DNA of 64,000 nucleotides, taken from assembly GCF_009914755.1 (NCBI RefSeq), contig NC_060932.1. One strand, given 5' to 3'. The notes beneath the pieces are model-generated. The model was given only the letters and a program-made list of their open reading frames with translations, did not search any database and had not been told where the DNA came from. Source of the stretch: the human T2T-CHM13v2.0 reference genome, Homo sapiens. Below, piece after piece: positions 1-14,113 of the stretch (position 1 is its first letter; every line of letters starts with the position of its first letter). The translations under genes and the position numbers were made by a program.

Positions 1-13
1 GAGAAGACTTTTG

Positions 14-498
14 AATCAGTCAGGGTTCTCCAGAGAAACAGAACCAATAGGAAATACATGGAGACATAAAAGAGAAGATTTACACAGGAATTGCCTCACA
101 TGGTTGTGGAAGCCGAGAAGTCCCATGATCTGCCCTCTGCAAGCTGAAGACCCAGGAAAGCCCGTGGTACAGTCTGAAGGCCTGAGAGCTGGCCGGCTGT
201 TGGTGCAGATTCCAGTTTTGAAGTCTGAGAGCCAGGAGAGCCATGGGCAAAAGATGGATGTCCCAGCTCAGCATTCAGGCAGAGTGCAAATTCCTCCTCC
301 CTCTGACTTTTTGTTCTATGCAGGCCCTCAGTGGATAGGATAGCACCCACCCACACTAGGGACAGCCATCTGCTGTCCTCAGGCCACCAATTCATGCTTA
401 TCTCTTCCAGAAACACCCTCTCAGACACACTCAGAAATCATGTCTAATCACATATCTGGGCATCCTGCGCCCTGATTAATTTAAAATTAACCATCATA
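14..498 (-). mobile_element. ERVL solo LTR, MLT2B-like
   Basis: Starts tcagggttctccagagaaacagaaccaatagg and ends aaaattaaccatca. Internal ctgcaagctg..gacccaggaaagcc and gaaacaccctctcagacacactcagaaat match the antisense MLT2B consensus. Confidence 0.85.
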
Positions 499-539
499 CC
501 ATCAACGGATGGTGTTGAGCAGATGATTGAGATCATATA

Positions 540-1900
540 ACATCTATTTAGAGGATCACACGGCTGCTTGAGGAGCTGGTAAAAAGAGACAGGGAGACCA
601 TTTAATTAGCTTTGGCTGTAGGTGAAAGGCAGTGAAGCCAGAGTGACTGCTGATAGCAGTGAGGTGGTGAACAGATCAGATCTGTAGTACATTTAAAGAT
701 AGAATGAAGTGCATTTGCTGATAGATGTAGGGTTTGAGGTAAAGAGAGATTAGAATGACTTTAATATTACAGGCCACCTGATAGAATAAAAGTAACACAG
801 CCTGAAATGGAGAAATTTACAGGAGGAGCAAATTTGGTAAAATATATGAATCAAAAGTTTGATTTTATAAATACTGAGCTCGGGATGCTGACAGGCCTCA
901 GATGTTGTGCAGACAGTTACGTGAAATCGCAGTTCAAAGTCATAGTGAAAACATAAATGTGGAGGGCCCAGTGTTGAAAACCATGGTGCTGGACATGCTC
1001 ACCTTGAAGGTGAGTGTAAGGAAAGTGCTGCGTGCTGAGCTGTGAGGCATTGCAGCATAAAGACTGAGAAGAGGAAAGACAGAGGGAAAGGAAAACAAGA
1101 GCCAAGCAATGAGTTAGGAGGATACCAAGGAAAGGACTGTGTTATGGGATGAACTGTGTTCCCTGAAATGGGTATGTTGATGCCCTAACCCCTCACGTGA
1201 CTAAATTTGCAGGTAGGGCCCCTCAAGAAGGAATTAATGTTAAGTGAAGTCTTAAGGACACTGCCCTGATCCAGTGACACTGGTGTCCTTATAAGGAGAG
1301 GAAGAGACAGCAGGATATCTGTGTGCAGAGAAAAGGCCAGTGAGGATGCAGGGAGAGATGACATTTACACACCAAGGAGAGAAGCCTCGGGAGAAACCAG
1401 ACCTGCTGGCACCATGATCTTGGACTTCCATACTCCAGGACTGTGAGAAAATACACTTCTGTTTTTAAAGCCACCTGGTCTGTGGCATTTTGTTGTGATA
1501 GCCGTAGCCAGCTAATACAAGTGATAACACAAAGTGCAATTAAGGAAAATATTTCAAAAAGGAGGAGTTGACCCCCTGTGTCAGATATTGCTGATTGGGC
1601 AAGCAAAACAAGCACTGAAGAATACCCACGAGATGGGGCACTTCCATGGCAGCCAACGGTTACCTTTCAGTGGCGTGGTAGTGCTCCAGACTGACCTGGG
1701 TAGGTTTAAGAGAGGAAGGGAGGAAAGCACACAGATAGAATGAGAAATGACAACACTTCTAGGAGCCTTGCTCCTAAGGGGAGCAGGAAAATAGGGAGAT
1801 AGCAAGAGAGAGGGAAAGAGGTGTCAGATCAAAGGAAGACATGTTACAGAAATTATTAAATGTCAGTATGTTTGTGTGAAAAGTACAAAAGAAAATGACA
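540..1900 (-). mobile_element. L2 LINE fragment (antisense), split by an MLT1A LTR
   Basis: Purine-rich, degenerate antisense-L2 text (gaaatggagaaatttacaggaggagcaaatttgg; tgtgtcagatattgctga) on both sides of 1140-1519. Confidence 0.55.
1140..1519 (+). mobile_element. MaLR LTR, MLT1A-like
   Basis: TG...CA termini. Contains ggtgtccttataaggagagg, gatcttggacttcc..ctccaggactgtgagaaaatac and aagccacctggtctgtggcattttgtt. Confidence 0.85.
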
Positions 1901-2699
1901 AACCAATGATTAGGAGAGATAGGGGACAACCGCAAGAATCTGCCACTGCCTGGGAGAGAAAGGAAATGATCCAGGGCACAGGTGGTTGTAGAAAGGGGCC
2001 AGGACGGTTTATTCAGTGCAGCAGGAGTGGAGAGAGAGCCGATGGCCTGGGAGTGCAAATGTCTATTACTACTGGTACTTCAGCACATAGATATACTGTA
2101 AAAAGGATACAACGTACTTTTAAGAGAAATGTATGCTCTTGGGTGTTTTCACCATTTTGGAGCTTTCTTTTTGGAAGCTAGGATGTATCATCCCTTATAC
2201 AGGGTCTGTGAATTCTGAGTAACATAAATTGAGGCAAAGGCAAATGATAAGAAGTCTCTAAGGAGACTTCATGACCCAATTAGTAAAGCCCACGCCTTAG
2301 AGCCAAGAAATATCTTGGATGTGCCAATCAGAGAACGGCAACATAGAGTTTTTATAAGCCAAATTTTCCTGGCATCCACCCCAGAAATTTCTCTCTATTT
2401 CTGGCCAGTATCAAAATACCGACACATGACAAGAAGTTGGGCCAAGGGGGAAATGAAGGTGAAGAGAACTTCTCAGAGAAGGTGAGTGATGGTAATTGTG
2501 CTGCTGAAGCTTCACCTATGTGTTCTGGGAGTTCCCCAAAACGAGGCAGAGAGAAACTAAACAATTCCACTGAGCACTGTGCAAGCCTTTTGAAAAATAC
2601 AGCAGGTTCTGTATTTGCATTATGTAGAAAAATATGAGTCATCATTTTACAATGCAGAAGTTAAAATTTCCCCAAATCACAAAGAGATGGTAGTATATG

Positions 2700-2915
2700 A
2701 GGGGCAGTATTATGGAGTGGCTAGGAGCATGAACTTTGTAGCCAGAGCGCCTGTGTCAAGGAAAGATCTACCACTGCATTTTTCTGCAAGACTGACAAAG
2801 TTAACTGACTTCTCTGTGCATCAGTGTCCTCAGCTATAATATAAGGATCATGATAGTGCTTCATGGGCTTTATTAAATCACAGGTAAATGAAAAACACTT
2901 ACAATAGTGTCTCCA
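2700..2915 (+). mobile_element. MIR SINE
   Basis: MIR core aagttaactgacttctctgtgcatcagtgtcctcagctataa. Confidence 0.6.
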
Positions 2916-3289
2916 TAATATTGACTTTATTTTTAATATTTATTATTAGAATTTATAATTAGACACAGAGAAGGGACTCAACAATATTAGCTTCTTTCTT
3001 TTTACTTTTTGCCTATTTTTTAATATCAAGAAAAGCACTGTAAAATATTGAATATTTGATTCTTAGATGGTATGACATCTTGGGCTTCATATAACGTTTG
3101 CTTTTATGGTGTTAGTTTCCAAAGTCACATAAAGGATAGCCTTTTTCATGCATCATTCTTCTTTTTGCAACTCAAAAGTAGGGTGTCTAAATATATGTCA
3201 CTCTTACAGTACAACTACTATAATTACTCTCATTACGACTATTACTACCACCGCCAATCATAACTAATGATAATAAACTTTTACCTTTC

Positions 3290-3749
3290 TGTAGTAGGCT
3301 GAATAATGGCCACCCAAAAATATCAGGTCGTAATTCCTGGAATCTGTAAATTTTATCTGATAAGGAAAAGGGATCTTCGGGGATGTGATTAAATTAAGGA
3401 TCTTGAAATGGGATTATTCAGAGTGGGCCCTTAATCCAATCACAACTATCCCTGTAAAAGAGAGACTCTACAGACACTGAATAGAAAGCAATTCTTAGTG
3501 AGAGATAGAGGCAGAGATTGGAGTGATGTGGACTCAAGGCAAGAAACACCAAAGGATGCCAGCAGGGCCTGGATGCTAAAAGAGGCAAGGAGAAGTTTCT
3601 CTCCCAGAGCCTCTGGAGGGAAGGCAGTCCTGCCCACACCTTCGTTTCAGGCTTCTGGTCTCTAGAATTGTGAGAGAATCCATTTCTTTCCATTTAAGAC
3701 ACCAAGGCTTTGGTGATTTTTTTTAAAGCAGCCCTAGAAAATTAATATA
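3290..3749 (+). mobile_element. MaLR LTR, MLT1C/D-like
   Basis: tgtagtaggctgaataatggcc start, gaggcagagattggagtgatg, cccagagcctctggaggga and agcagccctagaaaattaata end. Confidence 0.85.
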
Positions 3750-4868
3750 ACTTCTTTGCATTCCTTACACTATATTTTACATGTATTATTTTGTTTAATC
3801 ATTACATTAATTATATGCGCTATGATTATCCTCTTTTATAGATATGGAAACTAACATCATACAGCTAATGAAAGTCAGAACTTGAGCTCTCACCCAGGTA
3901 GAAGATTCTAAAAGCTATCATTATGTTTATACTTATGCTGTTATAATGATTTCATGTGTTTTTACTAAAATGTTTTACTATGCTTAAAAACTTTGTCAAA
4001 AATCACATTTAAACAACATAATAAAAAATTACAAATGGGTAGAAATTCCAAATTTGATTTAGTGCTCATACATTTCCTATTTATATACTTTCCTTTTTCT
4101 TCTACTAACAGGACACACAAGTGAAGAACAATGAATAAGAGGATGAAACAATTAATATGGGTGCAAACATTTCATCATTAATTTTTAAGGGATTTTTAAA
4201 GAAAAGCTAGTAAAATTTCCGTGTCAAACAACATGCTTTAAGAAAAGAGAAACCTCTTTGGCTGGTAACTGTGTCTTCAGCCCTTCAGACAAGACATGCT
4301 CGAGGAAAAAAACGGCAGTAGTTGCAGCACCGACATAGACCCCAGCCTTGGTTTAATTGTCATTTTCTCATGAATCTGAAAACAGCCTTTTCACCTTGAA
4401 AGAGGAAAGTCGGCAAATAACACACGTGTTATGAGACTTGAAACTTTCCCATTAAACGTACTGTGTTTTTTAACCTGTAATTATAACAATTTTCCTTTTA
4501 AATCTTGTCTAGAGCTGAATCTTTTATTCTTTTGGAAATTGGGTAAATGTTTAATACTAGAAGACATAATCTCTTAGCTTTGTAGGTGAAGAAACTGTGA
4601 TCCAAGGAGTAAAACAATTTACTCAAGGTCACATATTTAGTCATTGTAAAGCACCTACCACAACACTTCACACATAACATGTTTACAATAAAGAGAAAAT
4701 CCCCTTATAATTTTTAATTTTATATTTCTAGTTGGGGGGGAGTCTGTAATATATTTAGTATTGCTAATTGTGCATACATTAATGCTATTTCTTTCTTTTT
4801 AATTATGTTTTTATTTTACTTTTTATTTTTGATTAAACATTTTATTGACTTTAGAAAAATTCTCATTA

Positions 4869-5216
<348 letters not shown>

Positions 5217-6039
5217 TTCCAGTTAGTCACCTTTGAATTGATTCCATAGGAGTACTGTATCTTAAATGCTCCTTTATTATATACAGCAAAATAGTATTAT
5301 ATACAGACAAAGTCAAGAGATTAAGAGTAATATTCAAAATTTAACAATGTACAGGCATAGATTAAAAAAAAATAAGTCTTCCAGTAGATTTTAAAGTCAA
5401 CTATTTACTAATTGGAAGTTTCCTTTGATCTGCCCTGACTCTTCTCACTCACCCTATAGCCACCCAAAACGTTTCTGCCATGATCGAGTATAAAAGTTTG
5501 AAAAATAGACAAGACCACTTAACTTGGTTTTATTCTCCTGATGTTGTGATTTTGTTTTGTAGGATAATGAGGAAGAGAAATTTATTAGGAAGAGATCAGC
5601 CAGAGTCTTTTTTACATTGCCTTACCATGACCATTTTCCAATAAGCTAGCACTGTATTCAGTGCTCAGGCCCTGTTGCTTGTGGAAATTGCCCTAGGAGA
5701 ACTACCTCTAGGATCAGATCAGGTCAATAGGCAGAAGACTTGGTCTCATGTTGGTGAAGTTCAGTGCAATTTATGCTGCAGTGCCAAGTTTGTGGAGATA
5801 AATTAGTCTATTAGCCACTAGTGATAAGGTTGATTGTTGAACAGCAAAAGTGAGAATGATGCATTTAGTTTTGAATTTGGTAAGAGCAAAGACAAAATGA
5901 CCTAACTCTTATCAGTGGTTTTGCCACAAATCGATCACTAGTTCATCATATGCCACTATCTTCTCAATACAAGCTTTACAAAAAAAGCTACAGCTAATAT
6001 CACGTGCTGTCCCCTGAGACTGTATACAGATTGGAAAGG

Positions 6040-6510
6040 AAAACTGTTTATTTCCAAAGGACATGATTGTGTAATTACAAAAATCCAAAGGATATAAGCA
6101 AATGAGTAGAATTAGTGAGGATTAATTTAGTAAGGTCACTGGATACAATATCAATATACAAAAATCAATTGCATTTTATCTACTAGCATGAAATAAATAG
6201 AACATATAATTTAATGCCATTTAACAATAATATTAATACATACATTAACTAATTATATGTGATATTTAGTTAAACACTCTACAAACTGCACCTGTATCTA
6301 TATAGCTTACCTAGGAATAAAGCGTAGTATATAATTTGGAAGCGATTCGGCCAAATTAGAATAAACACACATAGATGAGTGTGGGGAGACAGAGAAACGT
6401 GAATGTGGCAAAATGTTAACTAGTGAATTTTACGTAAAATGTACAAAGCAATTATCATGCCCTTCTTTTGAGATTTGGGTAGCTTTGAAATTTTCAAAAT
6501 AAAACGTCAG
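6040..6510 (+). mobile_element. Old L1M fragments
   Basis: gaatttag-like and taaggtcactggatacaatatcaatatacaaaaatcaattgcattt text (L1 ORF2), followed by the 3'UTR-like aatgtggcaaaatgttaac..tttgaaattttcaaaataaaa. Confidence 0.6.
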
Positions 6511-7473
6511 AGGAAATGTTAGTAAACTTAAGGTTTAAGGAGTTAAATAACTTGCCACACTTCACAAAACAATTGGAAGGACCAGAAATACCCCCCAACC
6601 CCTCCCTTTTGACGTTCTTCTCAAGGTTCTTTTCATCTTGCTTTTCAATTAGGCCTTCCTTCCAGAAGGCAGATGAGTGAGGAGTATCAGCCCTAGAATC
6701 AGATCTTCGTATTTCTGTTGTTGCTATTTAAATAGTGGCATGCATTTATTTTATTTTTGTGGTATAGTCTAACCTTTTGTCCTTGGCATTTATTAGCATT
6801 GCTCTTCCTCCAGGGCTCAATCATCTTTTTTATAAGCATGACTGTGTTGTCCAGAATTGAATTTGAGCCTGTTTCCCAAATGTATTACTCTTATCAGTGT
6901 CATCCAGAAACTGGAAGGCAGAGGCACCCTGGCAAGTCACAGAGCTCTGCCAGGCACCACTTGGCTGTGCTGCAGCGGGTGAAATTCAGGGTCTGATAAC
7001 AGATCCTTGATCTTACCCTCTAGCTCTTAGGCTCCAGCAATACATAACATTTCCGGATTTTTTATTAAGTAAACCTCTTAGCAAGCTCTGTTTAATACAA
7101 AAATGCCAACTGTTTTTGAGAAAACCCTCTCTTTTACAATATAGAAGCAATGTGGTTGGCATTTTTTTAAATTGTAAGAAAACATTGGAGTTTCTGTGCA
7201 ATTTACTATAAAGGCAACCCAAGGAAATAGAATCACCAGATGCTTGATTTCATTTTGTGATGCTGTGTTCATATAAGAGCCATATGGTCAAAATTTTTAA
7301 TATTCTTCATGAAAAATTTAACTTTATTTTTTAAAAAATGTGTCCTTATTTCTTTTGCTTTTACAATAAATTAGTAAAGACCTTTGGATCTTCACTTAAC
7401 TGGACTAACAAATTCCTCTGAAGTCTCAGGAGTGGTAAGTGTCTCATTGCTTAACTCATTTTCTAGACAGAAA

Positions 7474-7517
7474 TCTCTCTCTCTCTCTCTCTCTCTCTCT
7501 TACTGTCTGTCTCTCTG

Positions 7518-7572
<55 letters not shown>

Positions 7573-7577
7573 CACAC
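7474..7577. repeat. Compound (CT)n(CA)n microsatellite
   Basis: Directly visible tandem dinucleotides. Confidence 0.95.
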
Positions 7578-7664
7578 CAACCACATGTACACACAACTTA
7601 CTGTTTAAATGATCTACCATCTGTATTCCAGGGAAGTACTTTTCCTGAATGCTATCATGAGAAA

Positions 7665-7880
7665 CCATATAGTCCAGCAGTTAACAGATCAAACTCTGTG
7701 GAACCCTGACTCTGCTCTTTTCTATCTGCCTCAATTTGGGTAAATTACATTACAGCCATGAACCTCAATTTCCTCATCTGTAAAATGAACGTAGTAACAC
7801 CTACCACAAAGCATGAAAGAAAGGAATATAGATAATGTATATAAAGCAACTAGTATAAAATGAGGCTTGCAATTAACAAC
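7665..7880 (+). mobile_element. MIR SINE
   Basis: Core aacctcaatttcctcatctgtaaaatg. Confidence 0.7.
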
Positions 7881-8227
7881 ATAATTACTATTTTATTACG
7901 GTTTTCTAATAAAAAATATTTAGAAACAAATTAATATTATCCATGGTTTCTGCCAAGTGAAGAAGTGGATTATTCATCAATAATTAGTGTTCATCAATAA
8001 TTGTGTACTGTAACTCCAAAAAGTGGCCAAACCCCAATAGATTTTATCAGTTTGTCACACTCCTTGAATTTTTTAAATGGCAACTATCTCTAATGAAAAT
8101 ATTTTATAACATTTTATCATATTCACAATTTAATCAATGGATAAAATATTTGATTATCTATCATATACATGTTTCAGTAGACAGTGGTGAAAGGCTTCAC
8201 CCAGAAATACTCATTAGAAGATACTCA

Positions 8228-8665
<438 letters not shown>

Positions 8666-10659
8666 ATTGTAAAACAAAGAATAAACCCTGCAGTCCTTAC
8701 TTTCTTATGTTCTTACATCATCCCAAACAGAGATACTGTGATAAAAATATGTGTGTTCCGGCATCAGTTACTGGAAAGAAACCAGATGGGAGAAGCACAA
8801 GTGTAAAGTTATGATCTCAACTCTAAAGTTAGAAGGGCTAGCTTGGCCTGAATATGGTGAGTTCAGCCAAGTTGATAAAATTGCTAACTCTATCATGAGA
8901 ATATTATGACAAGAAGACAAACACGCCCACATGGGTCTAGCCTCACTGAAGATTCTTAACTTTCAGTGTGTTCACTCAGTGGATTAATCTAAATGCAGCA
9001 TAGGAAGATTTTATATATTGAACCTCCGGTCATCATCTCTCATAGGTCTCTTCTCCTTATAGCACTTACTATACATAGGAATTTTTTCTATTACAGACAT
9101 ATTACAGTTGGGTGTTGGCTACCTGACTGCCCCACAATGTCAGACCATCAGTTGTATCATAGCAGGGGCATGTGCATTCGGATCCAAATACAAAACCAGC
9201 CAACTGGTAGCCCACAATAGATAATAGATACTGTTAAGTGAATAAAATAAATGCCTTTAAACTTGGAAACATTTATCAGTGCTTAGCCATAAAGTTGTCA
9301 TTTTTTTCTCTACATGATATGTTTTCATTTAAGACTATCATAAAACAGCATCTCTACATGATTCTAAAGCTATTCTTTGTTTTAGAGTATCACAAATAAG
9401 AAGGCCTAGTAGCATACTGAGTAGAGCATGGGCTTTGCAGTTAGAAAGTTGTGAATTTTAATTTCATTTCTATTGCTTTCTTGCCATGGGACTCATAGAC
9501 AAGTTACTTAACCCCTCCTTCTCCCTATTTCTTCTTCTCATGAAGCTTTTCTAAACCAATAGAATACAAATAAATTGGATAAATAAGAATCTCTTCCATG
9601 TTCAAAAGGTTATAAAAACATAGGCAGTGTAAAGAAGCAGCAGAATTTTCCCAGTTATAAGACATCTACAAGGTGTCATTCTTCTACTAGCTGTTCTTGA
9701 CACTCAGAATGACTTTCACGGTAAATTGCCATCCAACCAGCATATAATTTTAGGAACCTTACAGATAAGCAATAAGTACTCACAGTGTGTTCAAATTCTT
9801 GAGTTTCTTGAAGGCGCTCCCTGGAATTTCTCTTATTCTGTTAAACCTCAAGTCTCTGGGAACATAAAAAGGTGAAGAACGATTATAATATGTTGTCTGC
9901 ATTCTGCCATTATTTCCAGAAGCTTGAAGGCTAAATCTCCTTTTATGATCAAACATACAGTACTAAAGGACTAAATATAATTAAGACAGAACTGGTGCAC
10001 ATCATACACTAATCATTAGGGAGGTGCACTGTTTATAGCAAATTTTGCATCTCTGGGGCCATATGCTTGTCACAGGATGCCAGACAAATGTGGCTATTTA
10101 TAGAGCTCTGCAAAGTGTTAAAGACAGTTACACCATTTATTTTAGGTTTTATTTGTATGCCAGTAAAACAAATTCTATACATGGCAATATGTCAGTTGAG
10201 TACATTTAGTTTGGAAAATAATTGATATATTAGATGTCACATATCAACTCAACACCACTGTTTGAATTTAGCAAAAATTATTAATTACTTAATTTTTCTT
10301 CACAGTACAGGAATACAATGGCCTTCTACAAAGTATTAAATCAACAGAACAATTAGTTTGAGAGAGACGTTACTCCACAACCAACATTCTCTTTCATGAG
10401 TCCACATCTTTTTTATTCAGCATGTAAATAATTGCGTGTCAGCTATGTGCCACCTATCATGTTAAGTAATAGGGATGCAAAGATAAGCAAGATAGGGTCC
10501 CTGCTACTGAGCACAGATAGTTCAGTGGGGGGATGTCAAGCAAGTTATTACAGGACTAGGGTGCATAGTGTTTGTGATACAACAGAGGATCAAACAAATG
10601 CCATGCACACTTGGAAGACTTAGGGACTGCTCTGCCTAGAGCCCCTCTTTCAGTTGGAG

Positions 10660-11115
10660 AACGAGGCGCCCCACTCCATGTCATTATGGTAAAGACGTCA
10701 AGCAGGGGCCTCTTCCTGCCCGGAACAGGGTGGTTAACTGGGGGCAGCATCTCCACGGGCATACTGTTTCTTCCATGGGGAACATATGACCCAAGCCAGG
10801 CCAGCTGGAGTTGTTTTTAAGCATTGACATGGCTGCTGAATAAAAGTCATGTTCTCTCTCTGGGGTTCAGAGCTCTAAGGAAAATGAACATCTAGGGTCA
10901 CTACCTCATCTTGTCCACTCAAGAAAGCGCCAGCCTAGGAATAAAGGCCCAGCAGAAACACATAGGGCCAAAATAGCAAATGAAAGAAACAAAGCCCTGG
11001 ACCCAGGATTGCCTGAGACCAAATTTACTCCTTGACTTTCCAGATCCCTGACACCAGATGCTGTCATTTTGATAAACTAATTTGAGCTGAATTTCTCTCT
11101 CTAACGCAAGGAGTA
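10660..11115 (+). mobile_element. Old ERVL/MaLR LTR remnant (LTR16- or MLT1K-like)
   Basis: catatgacccaagccaggcca, a gcctgagaccaaat..ccttgactttccag segment and a taatttgagctgaatttct 3' end. Confidence 0.4.
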
Positions 11116-11739
11116 TAGAAGAAAGATGAAGTTATTTGCTTGGAAATGTTAGGCCCAAGGAGAAGTATATCAGGGAAATTTTATAGGGCGCTAGAATGGC
11201 AGTAATAGAATAAAATGAAAACAAAAACTATTTACTTCCCCTCAATTAATTTCTCAAAACAAAACTCTTCACCACCATAAAAAGTTGTTCTATCTTAGAA
11301 TACTTGACTCACAAAACTTTATAAGAGTACCTTAAAATCTATCATCTATCACTTCATCTTTCTCTAGACTTTGCCAAAATGAGCAAAATTTTATAGGAGC
11401 TATTATTTTCAATTAAAATTATTAAATAACTCAGTGACTATACCTCCTTGCTAAATGGAATGCACTGCTTATACACCATCCATTGCTGTTTGGTATGTCT
11501 AGACTATATCAGTAAAAGAAACTGTAAGCTATATGAGATCCTCCCTATAAACATATAAGACATTAAGTTATGTAGACCCGAATACCCTGGAAACCACTGG
11601 TTTCTCTTAAAAACAGAAGCTAAAAATTAACAGTTATAGAAAGGGCTCTCCTCTTGCATTAAACAATAATCCTAATAATTCTCCCAAAATGAGATTCCAA
11701 TACAACAAGGAAGCAAATATAAAAAGATAAACCATTTTC

Positions 11740-12800
11740 CTTATTTTCGGCTTTGAAATTTCTGAAAAATTCAGAAAAGTACAAATGAGAAAATAATAAT
11801 CCTTACTGTCTACATCCAGAATTAACTACTATTAATATTTATACCTTGATATAGTTGCTTCTACTCATAATTTCACGTGTGTATGTTTACTACACAAATT
11901 ATATATAAAAACACATTGTAGATAAAATGAACATCTTTTAAGCACCATCTTAATTTTAGCTTTGCCTCCCACTCCAGATGTAACCACTCATGTATTTGAT
12001 GCTCCTCTTCAGACATAACATTTCTATATATGTGGATAAATATAAGATGAAATGTAAACACATGCAGATACTCCTTGACTTATGACGGGGTTATGTCCTT
12101 ATAAATCCACTGTAAGTTGAAAACATTGTAAGTCAAAAATGCATTTAATACAACTGAACTACCAACATCATAGCTTAGCCTAGCCTACCTTAAACACGCT
12201 CAGAACACTTGCATTAGCCTGCAGTGGGGCAAAATTATCTAACACACTCCTTATTTTATAATAAATGTTGACTATCTCATGCAATTTACTCACTAATGTA
12301 CATTACATCAAAATTGTAACCATTTCACAACACGGTAAAGTCAAAAATCATAAGTTGCACCATTGTAAGTCAACAACTGTCTATATATGAAAATAAACCT
12401 AATATATAGGCAAATTTAAAATATTTTGTGCTTTTAAATTTACAAAAAAGCTATCAAATGTTATATGGTTGTTAAAACTTCCCTTTTCCCTTCCACTACA
12501 TATTTTCTATGTTGTTCCTTGTCTACACATAAAGGACTAGGTATTTTTGTCTAACTTCTCCACAGTACTCCACAGTGCAGACAGACCACACCGTTCCTTT
12601 ATAGATTCCTTTACTGACAGACAGTTTGGTCGTTTCCAAATTTTTGCAACATTATTTACTAACAATATTGCAATAAATATGCATGCATGTCTCCTTGTAC
12701 ACTTGGAAAAATGTTTGCCTATGCTAAATATTTGGAATTGGGATTGCTAGATTATAGGGTAGGTACATTTTCAGTTGTACAAAATGATGCCATTGCAAAT
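11740..12800 (-). mobile_element. Old L1ME-type fragment interrupted by MER47A
   Basis: Antisense L1 text gacagtttggtcgtttccaaatttttgc..aacaatattgcaataaatat..ggaattgggattgctagattatagggta. Confidence 0.65.
12065..12383 (+). mobile_element. MER47A (TcMar-Tigger) DNA transposon fossil
   Basis: cagatactccttgacttatgacggggttatg terminus and catcatagcttagcctagcctaccttaaac..gctcagaacactt core. Confidence 0.85.
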
Positions 12801-13156
12801 TTATTTTCAGCTACATACAATATAATGGTAATTTAACTGAAAATAATGTGAAAAGATGCTTGAACTCATCACCAAATTATAGATTTAAACTTATCACTGG
12901 ATTGATTTGAAAGCCAAGGTGCTATATGTATCTATTATCAGAATTCCCTTCTTGTTTTTCTCCACAAGTAAGCAGACATAAGCTCTTCTGCCATAAAGAC
13001 AGTCTTGCTTGTAAGCTGGTGCCATAGAAAGGTCTCCAGGGTACCCAGGCTCAGTGGACTGTAAGACTCTGCCCACTGACTTTGGCCACACCCTATTCTC
13101 ACCAGTGAGGCATGCTCAGGGACTCACTCTCTTCCTGAGAAGCAGAGTGTGGGCTG

Positions 13157-13487
13157 GGCTGGGTGCAGTAGCTCATGCCTGTAATCCCAGCACTTTGGGA
13201 GGCTGAGGCAGGAGGACCCTTGAGCACAGGAGTTCGAGACCAGCCTGGGCAACATGACAAGACCCATCTCTACAAAAAATACAAAAATTAGCCAGGCATG
13301 GTGGTACACACCTGTGGTTGTAGCTACTCAGGAGGTCGAGGTGGGAAGATCGCTTGGGCCCAGGAGGTAAAAGCTATAATGAGCCGTGATCACACCACTG
13401 CACTCCAACCTGGGCCACAGAGTAAGACCCTGTCTCAAGAAAAAAAAAAAAAAAAAGAAAAGAAAAGGAAAAAAAAAGAAAAAAAAG
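13157..13487 (+). mobile_element. AluJ SINE
   Basis: AluJ diagnostics (ggaggacccttgagc..gcctgggcaaca; ggaagatcgcttgggcccaggagg) and a long A/G tail. Confidence 0.93.
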
Positions 13488-13837
13488 TATGATTGGACAC
13501 CCAAAGATTTTCTCGAGATCGACTTAAACTCCAATAAGTCACATTCAAATATACCAAAATGAATATGTTAGCACTCGATCCTCTTTGGCTAGTACATTCT
13601 GGCACATAAATTTTTATAGGTAAGTACATTATAAGCTGAAATTCTAGGAAAACATACCCCTTCCTAATTTGAATCCCAGGTCTTTAGGATTGCATACAGG
13701 GCCTTGCACAGTGTATTACCTATCGTAGGGTAAGTATATTTCTGAAAATTAGATTATTTAAATTCAAATGGCCACCAAATTTGGATAATGATACTGTGTA
13801 AGTATGTACATTTACCCAGAAATACAATTCATTTCCC

Positions 13838-14113
13838 ATGTTATATGGTTGTTAAAACTTCCCTTTTCCCTTCCACTACATATTTTCTATGTTGTTCCTT
13901 GTCTACACATAAAGGACTAGGTATTTTTGTCTAACTTCTCCACAGTACTCCACAGTGCAGACAGACCACACCGTTCCTTTATAGATTCCTTTACTGACAG
14001 ACATTTTGGTTGTTTCCAAATTTTTGCAACATTATTTACTAACAATATTGCAATAAATATGCATGCATGTCTCCTTGTACACTTGAAAAAATGTTTGCCT
14101 ATGCTAAATATTT
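13838..14113 (+). repeat. Direct duplicate of 12458-12733 (276 bp, 3 mismatches)
   Basis: Line-by-line identity at an offset of 1380 bp. Confidence 0.97.

Noticed and set aside
4085-4270. Good-looking splice acceptor (ttcctttttcttctactaacag) with a possible donor at ~4264; similar isolated sites at 2482, 5562, 24234 and 63748
   Set aside because: No coding frame or consistent exon chain. Isolated splice-like sites are common, and a lncRNA exon cannot be supported without transcript data.
7973-8002. Tiny direct repeats (ttcatcaataatt x2; similar ones at ~36099-36138 and ~9307-9362)
   Set aside because: Short slippage duplications expected at background frequency.
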